Shown: positions 8,626 through 16,849 of the stretch, one piece after another | Position numbering within the stretch: the stretch's first letter is position 1 | How the letters are laid out: every line of letters starts with the position of its first letter | From: a virus | Taxonomy: Duplodnaviria; Caudoviricetes | Reading direction: 5' to 3' (one strand) | Virus record (IMG/VR): IMGVR_UViG_3300036713_000084 | Location: 1-25,363 of that record | DNA: 25,363 bases | Made by a program: the position numbers and the translations under genes | Notes under the pieces: generated by a model | Seen by the model: only the letters and a program-made list of their open reading frames with translations | Databases searched by the model: none | What the model was told of the DNA's origin: nothing

Positions 8626-9154
8626 CGATGTTTTTATAATCTGCTAACAATGTTTTTTTCAATTCTTCACGACCTTCAACCAATGCGGGATAAAGAAACG
8701 GTTGCGGGGAAATACCAACTTTCAATATTTTCATGAAAATTATAAACGCCTTTTCTTCCGGTATTCCTTTTGACTTACACCACTTTTTAATTGATGCCAA
8801 TCCCTCTTCAAATGTTCCGGTTTTTCTTTTTCCGGCCTTGAATTGACTTGCAATATCGGACAATTCATCCGGGACATCAACTTTGTCACCCGTGCCGAAT
8901 TCAACATACGGTGCGTATGGTGCAATTTTCAGATCCGCCCCGATTTCATACGTGTATTTATCTTTTCCTTGTCTTGAAAATATACTATTCCGCAAAATAC
9001 CTTCGACCGCCGGGGCATACGAAACCGCCCGATCTTCCATAAATAACGCCGTGTTTTTCATGTTGTCCGCAACAACATCTTGAACATCCTTTGATGCATT
9101 ATTGATGCCCTTTAAAACCTTGTTTATTTCCTTTATTTTCGCCCCTCCGTCCAT
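8615..9154 (-). CDS. HK97 gp10-like neck/tail component (179 aa; probable start 9154)
   Basis: AP..EG.LRNSI, YAPYVEFGTG and PQPFLYPA motifs. ATG at 9154 avoids overlapping the upstream membrane gene. Confidence 0.88.
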   Translation of the reverse strand: MDGGAKIKEINKVLKGINNASKDVQDVVADNMKNTALFMEDRAVSYAPAVEGILRNSIFSRQGKDKYTYEIGADLKIAPYAPYVEFGTGDKVDVPDELSDIASQFKAGKRKTGTFEEGLASIKKWCKSKGIPEEKAFIIFMKILKVGISPQPFLYPALVEGREELKKTLLADYKNIVKK

Positions 9155-9159
9155 TATTT

Positions 9160-9348
9160 TTAGGCATTTTTTAACATTGGTGTTGTTGTTATCTTCCGTA
9201 AAAATGCAATCACTATCCCGATAACCGATACCCATATTCCGCCGGATTCCCCGTCAAAGATAGAAATCCAATCAAACGTTTCCAATACTCCTAAAACTGC
9301 AACAATAATTGCAAAAATCAATGTTTTAAATCCTTTTATTTTTTCCAT
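9160..9348 (-). CDS. Small two-TM membrane protein, holin-like (62 aa)
   Basis: KGFKT then two hydrophobic segments (LIFAIIVAVLGVL; IWVSVIGIVIAFL) and a basic tail LRKITTTP. Confidence 0.6.
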   Translation of the reverse strand: MEKIKGFKTLIFAIIVAVLGVLETFDWISIFDGESGGIWVSVIGIVIAFLRKITTTPMLKNA

Positions 9349-9358
9349 GATACTTGTT

Positions 9359-9853
9359 TTAACACACGGTACAAATTATTGTGTACGTGCTATCATTTAT
9401 TTTTTGAACCCCGGGATATGGGTTCACCTCGATTGTATCCCGTTGCACGATCGTATCCCGTATCGTATCGCAAGGGAATAACATGTTTTGATATTGTATT
9501 GTGTCGGCGATAATTCGATAATTGTTATCGACAAAATATTTTCCGTAAATACTATCGTTTGTAAGTGTGTCAAGTAAACGCAAACTGTCATGTTCACGGC
9601 GGGAATACAAAACATAATACCAATTCCCGGTCACTTTTAAACTGTCTTTCAATGCCCCGTCTTCCATTTCAAGTATTAACGTATTCATTCGTGAAATGAC
9701 ATTGATGTTGTGACGATTTGATTTGATTGCTTTTGCCGTCATTTCTTTGTCCCGTTCGTAATCCCAATAAATGAATGTTCCAATCCCTATTGCAACGACC
9801 AACACAACGCCAATCATAATTATTTTAAAAGTATCCAATGTTATTTTTTCCAT
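9359..9853 (-). CDS. Membrane-anchored hypothetical protein (164 aa)
   Basis: One N-terminal TM segment (IIMIGVVLVVAIGIGTFIYW); repeated DT(I/L)/DS motifs as in Bacteroidota envelope proteins. Confidence 0.65.
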   Translation of the reverse strand: MEKITLDTFKIIMIGVVLVVAIGIGTFIYWDYERDKEMTAKAIKSNRHNINVISRMNTLILEMEDGALKDSLKVTGNWYYVLYSRREHDSLRLLDTLTNDSIYGKYFVDNNYRIIADTIQYQNMLFPCDTIRDTIVQRDTIEVNPYPGVQKINDSTYTIICTVC

Positions 9854-9854
9854 T

Positions 9855-12800
9855 TTAAATCCAATTTGTGCCGTTATATGTTTTTAAAGGATGTACAACC
9901 CAATTCGCACCGTCATAAACTTTGACCGGGGCAACAACCCATTGTGACCCATTCCATATTTTGACGTAACCAACTTCCGGAAACTGATCCAAAGATCCAA
10001 TCAAAGATAATGAATTCGATATTGTTCCATTTAACGGAATTGTCGATGTAAGTATCACAACATCACCGTTTGCGTCAAATACTGCATTGACGTTTCCGGT
10101 CAATAATTTTGTTGATCCGGCATATACAATGTCACCTTGCGTTGTGCTAACAACACCAATTGTTCCGCTTATGGATGCCGGAAGATCCAACGACCCCGAC
10201 ATGCTGATCACCGCATCGACTGATCCGGCCAACTGTTTTGTTACGCTTACATAATTAACATCCCCGGACACGGTTGTCACGCAAGATATTGACCCTGTCA
10301 ATCCGGACGCCGTTGATATATCCAACGCACCGTCGAACGTGCTTTGTGCAATAACACTTCCAACCAATGATTTTATTGTCGATCCAAACGCAAGATCACC
10401 GGAAACGGTGTTTGATGCATTTATTGATCCCGTGATTTGTTTTGTGTTACTAACAAATGCAACGTCACCCGTCAATGATGAACTTGATGATATTGATCCC
10501 GTCAATGCAACATTCCCCGAAACAAACGTAATATTTCCGGAAACGTTAGTAACGCCGTTAGTAACCCCCGACAATTGTTTGGTGCTTGTCGCAAATCCGA
10601 TGTTCCCGGATAATGTGCTAATAACGGCAATCGTGCCGTTCAATGGTTTGTTTGTACTTGAATAAGAAACCAAACCGCCCGTTGATGACGTATAATTGAC
10701 CCCACTTCCGGACAATGTTTTTATTGTCGACTTGAACCCGACATCCCCGGACAATGACGTTGTTCCTGATATACTGCCGGAAATTGTTTTTGTAACGCTT
10801 TTAAAGTTTACATCGCCCGTTATTGACGAAACGGCGTTTATTGTACCCGATAAACTCGCCGTACTTCCGGCAATATCCAATGCCCCGGACACGGAAGACA
10901 CACCCGCAACGTTTCCGGTCAATGCCTTTGTTTGAACTGCAAAACCGACATTTCCGGATAATGTGCTTACAACTGCAATTGTTCCCGATGCAAATTCAAA
11001 CGTTCCCGCAATAACTAAATTCCCGGATGTTGTGGTTGTACCCGTAATTGACCCCGATAATGGTTTGGTGTTTTGTGCAAAAGTAAGATCACCCGCTTGG
11101 TTCGATAACACACTTAGGGTTGCGGATAATGGTTTAATTGTCGAACCGAACACAATATCCGCCGACAAATTTGATTGTCCCGCAATCGTGCCCGTCAACA
11201 ATTCTGTTTGTAATACAATTGTAAGATCCCCGGAAACGGTTGTGACCCCGGAAATACTGCCATTTAATGATTTTGTTTGACTTACAAATGATAAATTCCC
11301 CGTGATTGCCGTTGTCGAATTGATTGATCCCGACAATGCTTTTGTGCTTGAAACATAAACAACGTCCCCGGATACGTTAGTAATGGCGTTAATTGTGCCC
11401 GTCAATAACTCCGTTTGTGACCCAATTACAAGATCCCCGGCCAACACACTTGTTGAAACCATTGAACCGGACAATGTTTTTGTTGTTGTTGCAAAAATTA
11501 AATCACCGGAAAATACTGTGACATCCGATATTGATGCCGATAAACTTTTGCCCGTTGATGCAAACGCAATATCGCCCGTGACATTTGTCAAACTTGAAAC
11601 CGTGCCGTTTAACGCCTTTGTTTGGGTTGGGAATGCTATGTCCCCGGAAATGTTGGAAACACCCGCAAATGATCCCGAAATCGTGTTGGTGACACTTTTA
11701 AACACCACGTCACCCGTCACATTTGATGTTGAATTAATTGTGCCCGATAATGGCGACGACATAATCCATGTCACAAAAATTGTTGGTGCAAATATTGTAC
11801 TTCCATTATATGAATAGGCCGTCCGTTTTTCCGTTCCCGTTCCTAAACTTTCAACAAACAAAACAATGGAATCGGTTGTGATGTACAAAGGATCATCAAT
11901 AATTTCTTGCAATATTGACGCAAGATCCGGCGTTCTTTGATTTAAACCCCTTTCATTTAATGTGTTCCATTGTGGAATATTTGTCCATGATACAATTGAC
12001 GTTGTTTTTGGCCGATCCCCCATGTTCCCGTCAACTTGAACAAATGTTTGCGGATCTGATCCTTTTTGCCCTAAAACTTGCAAAATAGGCGATGACGCAC
12101 CCGACAATTCATCCGTTGTAAATTGTATGTATGACCCTGTAATAATTGCACCTTTTGGGATGTTTAATCCTAAAAAACGTAGTCCAACTCGTTGTTGTTC
12201 CGTCGTTGCTTGATCACCGGCAAACCCTAATTCCAAATCGCTCGATACTAACGCCAATCCCGTGCCGTCGGGATATGCCGTGTCGTTCATCAACGCCTCA
12301 TAATCATCCGATGACGCGGAAATCAAAGACGTGTTTGTCCCAATTCCGTTTAAATTGCCCGTCACATTCGATGTTGATGCAATTGTTCCGTTTAATTGTT
12401 TTGCAATCTTTAATCCCCCGGTAACTGTCGTTGATCCGGACACCGTTCCGGTTAATGTTTTGGTAACACTTTTAAACGTAATATCCCCGGACGTCGTTGA
12501 CGTTCCCGATATCGCACCCGTCAACTGTAATGTCACGCCCCCAACTACCGTTAAATCCGGGGCAATAAATATTTCTATACCGTCAATAAATGTGTTTTTT
12601 ATACCGACGTTTGTGGCAATTTGCATTTGTATTGATGTAGACGACGTTGTAAATGACCCCTCGTACAATTCCCATGTATCAATATTTGTAGGGTTGTTAG
12701 AAATTGGCGTTACATCTGTATTGGTAAAATCTACCGTCCTGTTTCCCGCCGTATTTGTGGCAAAACTCCAAAACCGATAATAGTATTTTTGGCCATTTAT

Positions 12801-13535
12801 AACGGAAAATGTTTTGCCGTATGTTCCACTTGACGTAATACCAACAACATGATTAATAGAAAAACCATTATAAATAGACTGTGTGCTGGATGCTACAATA
12901 GTACTTGACCCGCTTACGACAACCCAATCATTTGTCGTTTGGGAAAAATTATATCTGATACCGGCGTCTGTGCTTTCGTTTAATAATTCTTGTGTACCTA
13001 AATATGTGCCGACGTTTACCGTCCCCGACAATGCCAACGGCGGGGGATTAGGTATTTCTAATACGGCCATAGTAACCCCAACCCCCCGTCGGTTGTTTGG
13101 GTTGCCCCCCGAACCAAACATTTCAATCCGTACCCGTAAATCCGAATAATCGGTTATTGTATCGGCTTCGAATGTAGTTAAGGCTAAATTATATTGAATC
13201 CAATTTGTTGATGTTCCTGTGGTAGCGGGATTGTTTACGTAAGACGCAATTAATGTCGTTCCTTGATATAACCAAAAACTAACCTCGCCGGCAGTACCCC
13301 CCGACACATTTACCCCGTCATCAACCGATGTAACCCAAACTCTTAAAACATGTCCCGTTCCGATTTGTGGGTCAACGCCCGAACCTAACAATGCCTCATA
13401 AACATCATCCGAGTTATTAGGATTCCAAATATATGTAACATCGCCGTCGCTCGACGTGTCGTCAATATCTAAGTACGTTCCCGTTACGTTGGCGGGGTTC
13501 GTAATATCTGATATCGGTCTGAGAAATTGAGCCAT
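9855..13535 (-). CDS. 1226-aa virion appendage protein: three predicted beta-sandwich/carbohydrate-binding-like domains plus ~29 23-aa repeats
   Basis: N-terminal domain ~13040-13535; CBM4/9-like insert ~12558-12995; SASSDD...VGLRF..NIPKGAII...APTIFV extracellular-type domain ~11757-12338; repeat tracts; C-terminal triple K.(W/Y)(N/D)G..W. Confidence 0.8.
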   Translation of the reverse strand: MAQFLRPISDITNPANVTGTYLDIDDTSSDGDVTYIWNPNNSDDVYEALLGSGVDPQIGTGHVLRVWVTSVDDGVNVSGGTAGEVSFWLYQGTTLIASYVNNPATTGTSTNWIQYNLALTTFEADTITDYSDLRVRIEMFGSGGNPNNRRGVGVTMAVLEIPNPPPLALSGTVNVGTYLGTQELLNESTDAGIRYNFSQTTNDWVVVSGSSTIVASSTQSIYNGFSINHVVGITSSGTYGKTFSVINGQKYYYRFWSFATNTAGNRTVDFTNTDVTPISNNPTNIDTWELYEGSFTTSSTSIQMQIATNVGIKNTFIDGIEIFIAPDLTVVGGVTLQLTGAISGTSTTSGDITFKSVTKTLTGTVSGSTTVTGGLKIAKQLNGTIASTSNVTGNLNGIGTNTSLISASSDDYEALMNDTAYPDGTGLALVSSDLELGFAGDQATTEQQRVGLRFLGLNIPKGAIITGSYIQFTTDELSGASSPILQVLGQKGSDPQTFVQVDGNMGDRPKTTSIVSWTNIPQWNTLNERGLNQRTPDLASILQEIIDDPLYITTDSIVLFVESLGTGTEKRTAYSYNGSTIFAPTIFVTWIMSSPLSGTINSTSNVTGDVVFKSVTNTISGSFAGVSNISGDIAFPTQTKALNGTVSSLTNVTGDIAFASTGKSLSASISDVTVFSGDLIFATTTKTLSGSMVSTSVLAGDLVIGSQTELLTGTINAITNVSGDVVYVSSTKALSGSINSTTAITGNLSFVSQTKSLNGSISGVTTVSGDLTIVLQTELLTGTIAGQSNLSADIVFGSTIKPLSATLSVLSNQAGDLTFAQNTKPLSGSITGTTTTSGNLVIAGTFEFASGTIAVVSTLSGNVGFAVQTKALTGNVAGVSSVSGALDIAGSTASLSGTINAVSSITGDVNFKSVTKTISGSISGTTSLSGDVGFKSTIKTLSGSGVNYTSSTGGLVSYSSTNKPLNGTIAVISTLSGNIGFATSTKQLSGVTNGVTNVSGNITFVSGNVALTGSISSSSSLTGDVAFVSNTKQITGSINASNTVSGDLAFGSTIKSLVGSVIAQSTFDGALDISTASGLTGSISCVTTVSGDVNYVSVTKQLAGSVDAVISMSGSLDLPASISGTIGVVSTTQGDIVYAGSTKLLTGNVNAVFDANGDVVILTSTIPLNGTISNSLSLIGSLDQFPEVGYVKIWNGSQWVVAPVKVYDGANWVVHPLKTYNGTNWI
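9972..11756 (-). repeat. 26 tandem ~23-aa (69-nt) repeats, consensus KxLSGSIxGxSxVSGDLxFxSxT
   Basis: Counted by hand from SPLSGTINSTSNVTGDVVFKSVT to IPLNGTISNSLSLIGSLDQFPEV; three more copies lie at ~12339-12530. Confidence 0.92.
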
Positions 13536-13543
13536 ATTGTTAT

Positions 13544-13573
13544 AAAAAAAGACGTACCGATCCCGATACGCCT
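13544..13573 (-). terminator. Rho-independent terminator between the 145-aa gene and the 1226-aa gene
   Basis: AGGCGTATCG-GGAT-CGGTACGTCT stem-loop (two GU pairs) followed by a U-run. Confidence 0.8.
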
Positions 13574-13599
13574 GTTAAATCGCTTGTGTTATCGGGAAA

Positions 13600-14037
13600 T
13601 TAATCCAATGTGCAAGTTAATGCCGACGCACCAAATTCAAGTGTGACGCCCGTTGCAACTGCTCTTGGTGTATCAACCGGGGCATGTGCCAAATACGTTC
13701 CCGTAGTCAAACTATCTGCAATCGCAAAATGCGTAATAGTTTCACTACCTGACGTACATTCTGCAAATGTAATTGCGGATGTATTTGATACTGAATTTCC
13801 CGCAACCGTCCAACCCGCACCGGATCTTGCAACCGCAACACGGGCATACGCACCAAATGTCGCTTCGTTTGTTTGCGTTCCCGCATCCGTTGGATCTGCC
13901 GTCAATAAGGCAATATATAGGCTTCCGGGTGCACTTGATCCCTGTACGCCGGTAACATCGCCTAAATCGCCAATGTTTGTGTTGTTGAATAACAATAACA
14001 ACACGTCATTTTCAAAAGTGTTAGTAAATGAACTCAT
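13600..14037 (-). CDS. 145-aa beta-rich virion structural protein (widespread small phage family often labelled tail fibre / Gp80-like)
   Basis: SNTFEN-like start, LYIALLTADP...NEA...YARVAV...W...SNT.AITF...ITHFAI.D..T.G motifs recognised from memory of this family. Confidence 0.72.
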   Translation of the reverse strand: MSSFTNTFENDVLLLLFNNTNIGDLGDVTGVQGSSAPGSLYIALLTADPTDAGTQTNEATFGAYARVAVARSGAGWTVAGNSVSNTSAITFAECTSGSETITHFAIADSLTTGTYLAHAPVDTPRAVATGVTLEFGASALTCTLD

Positions 14038-14055
14038 TTTTTAATCATTTTAAAG

Positions 14056-14274
14056 TTAACTAATATCAATCCAAACATCGTTTGTTTGTGGTGAACTCGG
14101 TTCGTTTGCTTGAACCGATATTGTTTGTGTCCCATTAACTGACAAATCAATTAATTGCGACAACGTTATGTTGAAATTACTGTCGACAAAATCATTAAGT
14201 GCGTTCAACATTTCGTTGAATTCCGAACTTGTGAATTGATCGCCTGGGTTTTTTAATGGTACTGTTAATGGCAT
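14056..14274 (-). CDS. 72-aa fibre adaptor-like protein (probable start 14274)
   Basis: MPLTVPLKNPGDQFTSSEFNEMLNALN resembles trimeric fibre anchor motifs; ends QANEPSSPQTNDVWIDIS. Confidence 0.65.
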   Translation of the reverse strand: MPLTVPLKNPGDQFTSSEFNEMLNALNDFVDSNFNITLSQLIDLSVNGTQTISVQANEPSSPQTNDVWIDIS

Positions 14275-14278
14275 AATT

Positions 14279-14665
14279 TTATGTATTAAAAACAAACGGG
14301 AATCCGCCTCCGGACGCACCCGATATTACATTGCTAATTCTTTCCTTCTTGCATAAATATTTTACAAAACCCCGCGTCAACATTTTGTCCGTTGCATGTT
14401 GTACGGTGTATCTTGCGTTTTGATATTTAAAAAATATATTGTCCGCCCCTGTGTCTAAACTTGGCCGACGCCTGATCCATACTTCAACACTATTTTCAAG
14501 ATCGGCGAATCCCATGTTCAAATACCGTGTTGGATTTCCGACCTCTTCAATCCTTGCCCACGTTGTAAATTGCAACGTTTCTGTCGTTTCTTGTCCGCCG
14601 AAACCGTCTGTTGTTTGACCCGCAACCCAAACTTCAATCCGCCTATCTAATTTTCTACCTTTCAA
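14279..14665 (-). CDS. Head closure / head-tail adaptor (SPP1 gp16-like) with C-terminal extension
   Basis: LDRRIEV...DGFGG...TWARIE motif; TTG start overlapping the upstream TGA; tail SGASGGGFPFVFNT. Confidence 0.85.
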   Translation of the reverse strand: MKGRKLDRRIEVWVAGQTTDGFGGQETTETLQFTTWARIEEVGNPTRYLNMGFADLENSVEVWIRRRPSLDTGADNIFFKYQNARYTVQHATDKMLTRGFVKYLCKKERISNVISGASGGGFPFVFNT

Positions 14666-15123
14666 ATCAAATGCCTTTTATACGTGTATAATACATTCAT
14701 CACGTTGTTTGGAATTAATGATGTTTCAATCTGTTTGTCCTGATCGAAATACCAAACTTTGATCATTTCCTTTGCCACTTGCAATAATGCATCCGGAACA
14801 TCCGATGCCAATGCGTAACCCATATCCAACGTCAATGTTTCGTCCGTTGTGTTGGTGTTTTGGTAAAACTTGTATCCCGGTTTTAAATATCCGGTAACTG
14901 TTGTTGGCGAAACTAAATCGTTGATTGGGTAATCATACACCCGAGCACAACCATTAATCAACAAATAGTCCATATTTCTTTGATACAAAATGTGCCCCGT
15001 GAACTTTTCAATGTATTCCATTGCCGAATTTATCATCATTGTGATGTCCGCATCGTCTTCAACAATGTCAACACGGATATAATTTTTCACATCCGCCAAC
15101 GGTAAAACGTCAATGTAGGCCAT
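14662..15123 (-). CDS. Head-tail connector (HK97 gp6 / SPP1 gp15-like)
   Basis: LADVKNYIRVD..EDDADI..MINSA..YIEKFTG...VPDALLQ...WY pattern. Confidence 0.9.
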   Translation of the reverse strand: MAYIDVLPLADVKNYIRVDIVEDDADITMMINSAMEYIEKFTGHILYQRNMDYLLINGCARVYDYPINDLVSPTTVTGYLKPGYKFYQNTNTTDETLTLDMGYALASDVPDALLQVAKEMIKVWYFDQDKQIETSLIPNNVMNVLYTYKRHLI

Positions 15124-15356
15124 TATTTGTTTTCTTCTTTACCTTCTTTCAATTCTTTGGTTTCCCGTTCGGGTTCTGCCGACTTTTCTTTTTTTGGAAT
15201 GTCATTTTTGTTGACATAATCAACCCAACCTCCGTCAAATAATATCTTTGCACGATCCTTTTCAACGGATATAATGTTTCCCGGTCGAATTCTTTTGAAA
15301 TCCAACGATCGTTCCCGAAACGATAATGATTTGCATTTAACCTTGATCTTTGCCAT
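15123..15356 (-). CDS. Small Lys/Glu-rich hypothetical head-module protein (77 aa; probable start 15356)
   Basis: G.II.V..DRAK.L..GGWV pattern common in the gene after HK97-type capsid genes; TAATG overlap with the connector. Confidence 0.7.
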   Translation of the reverse strand: MAKIKVKCKSLSFRERSLDFKRIRPGNIISVEKDRAKILFDGGWVDYVNKNDIPKKEKSAEPERETKELKEGKEENK

Positions 15357-15371
15357 TTGATATGTTTTACC

Positions 15372-15406
15372 CAAAAATAGTAAAAAACAAACCGACCATG
15401 CGTTAA
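15372..15406 (-). promoter_or_regulatory. Putative late promoter
   Basis: TTAACGCA-N19-TATTTTTG; near-duplicate of the element upstream of the portal gene; TAnnTTTG is the Bacteroidota -7 box. Confidence 0.7.
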
Positions 15407-15561
15407 ATATTTTTTCCGCTTTTGATTAATATTAACCTTGCCGTGAATAATGAACCGAATATGCACCCGATCCAAACCCCAACCCAACCGTGTAACCCCG
15501 AAAATGGCAACACGATCAACAAAATTGATAATATTACATAAATAATGTATAAATGTTTCAT
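15403..15561 (-). CDS. 52-aa two-TM membrane protein (moron-like; below the ORF-track cutoff)
   Basis: Hand translation MKHLYIIYVILSILLIVLPFSGLHGWVGVWIGCIFGSLFTARLILIKSGKNI; fills the gap between the capsid terminator and the next promoter. Confidence 0.7.
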   Translation of the reverse strand: MKHLYIIYVILSILLIVLPFSGLHGWVGVWIGCIFGSLFTARLILIKSGKNI

Positions 15562-15587
15562 GTACTGTATAATGCAAAAATTAATCC

Positions 15588-15621
15588 AAAAAAAATCCCC
15601 AACAATATAATTGCCGGGGAT
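15588..15621 (-). terminator. Rho-independent terminator after the major capsid gene
   Basis: ATCCCCGGCAAT-TAT-ATTGTTGGGGAT stem-loop followed by a U-run. Confidence 0.88.
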
Positions 15622-15647
15622 CTTTCGAAATGAACCAACCCAAATTT

Positions 15648-16847
15648 TTAAACAGGTTGTGCACCGGTTAAGTTTCCGTAAATAAAAGCCTCCAATCTAT
15701 CGTATGCTAATACGTTTCGACTTTCAACCCTTGCCGTGATAAGATTCTTCGTGACGTTGTCGGCATCTTGTTCAAAGAATTCAACCGCCAATCCGTCAAC
15801 AACAACTTTTTTCGCCATATTCCATTCGGCGATAAAATAAGTACCGGCAGTAACCCATGACGCCTTGAATACCGGCACACCATGAACAACCAACGTTCCG
15901 TTGACATATTCAACAACCCTCGGAAGACTGAAATCCGACGGCTTGGTGTTGGCAATATTTGCCCAATCAATCGGGTTCAACAATACTCCGGTTGGAACGT
16001 AATCCGTTGATTCCAACAAACCAATGTCGTTGATAATTCTTTCGATTCCGGTCGTCAAAGTGTTTGTCGCCTTTACTGCATTAGCAACCAAAGACGTGTG
16101 ATAATCACCATTTTCAACCTTGAAATAATCCCTTCGTAATGCACCCGGCAACCATGATGTCAAGAACGGAAGATCCGTCGCCATTTGCTTACTGAATCGG
16201 GCAAACCCTGATCGGTAATCGGCGTTGTACGTCACTTGAGCGATGTCATAGTCCTTTTGGGTTTTTGATGCCCCTTCCGTTTGATTGGAAATTGACCCTT
16301 CAGCACCAGTTTCACGATAAATGATATATGTTCCCGTTGCACTTCCAACCGTCGGAACAAGATCGGCGAAATTAACTGCCTGACTTGGTATTCCGGCGAT
16401 TCCTTGCTGATACGTCAAAATTGATGCACCCGTCAAGTTGTTGCCCAACGTCATGTCGGCAACGGCCTTGATTTCCATTGATGCCGATGCACCTTTACGA
16501 ACCAATTTGATTTTGTCGTAATTTTCTTTTATGGCATCTGCCATTGAAACAATAAATCGTTCGCCTTTTTCTTCTTTTTTGCTCACATTTTGTTTAATGC
16601 GGATATCCATTGCGTCAAGATGCTTTTGCTTTTCTTCCAACGCTTTGTCATATTCGTCGCGGACATTTTTCATTTCCGCCAAATATTCTTTTTGCAATTC
16701 CTCACGGACATTGTCTTTGCTTTCGGAAATCTTTTCTTCCATTTCCTTTTTCAACAACGAAACTTTTTCGTTGATTTCCTTTTGGTTTTGACCCGCGATC
16801 GAACTTTTCATTTCGTCGATTGCTTTGTCTAAATCTTCTGACTTCAT
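15648..16847 (-). CDS. Major capsid protein, HK97 fold, with N-terminal coiled-coil delta domain (399 aa)
   Basis: ~125-aa charged coiled coil; EGASKT, VLLNPIDW, GVPV, NVTKNLITARVESR...EAFIYG motifs; follows the protease. Confidence 0.95.
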   Translation of the reverse strand: MKSEDLDKAIDEMKSSIAGQNQKEINEKVSLLKKEMEEKISESKDNVREELQKEYLAEMKNVRDEYDKALEEKQKHLDAMDIRIKQNVSKKEEKGERFIVSMADAIKENYDKIKLVRKGASASMEIKAVADMTLGNNLTGASILTYQQGIAGIPSQAVNFADLVPTVGSATGTYIIYRETGAEGSISNQTEGASKTQKDYDIAQVTYNADYRSGFARFSKQMATDLPFLTSWLPGALRRDYFKVENGDYHTSLVANAVKATNTLTTGIERIINDIGLLESTDYVPTGVLLNPIDWANIANTKPSDFSLPRVVEYVNGTLVVHGVPVFKASWVTAGTYFIAEWNMAKKVVVDGLAVEFFEQDADNVTKNLITARVESRNVLAYDRLEAFIYGNLTGAQPV

Positions 16848-16849
16848 AA

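Noticed and set aside
15149-15577. 142-aa minus-strand ORF
   Set aside because: It overlaps the 77-aa gene and the 52-aa membrane ORF in other frames, crosses a conserved promoter, and starts at a TTG with no protein-like signal.
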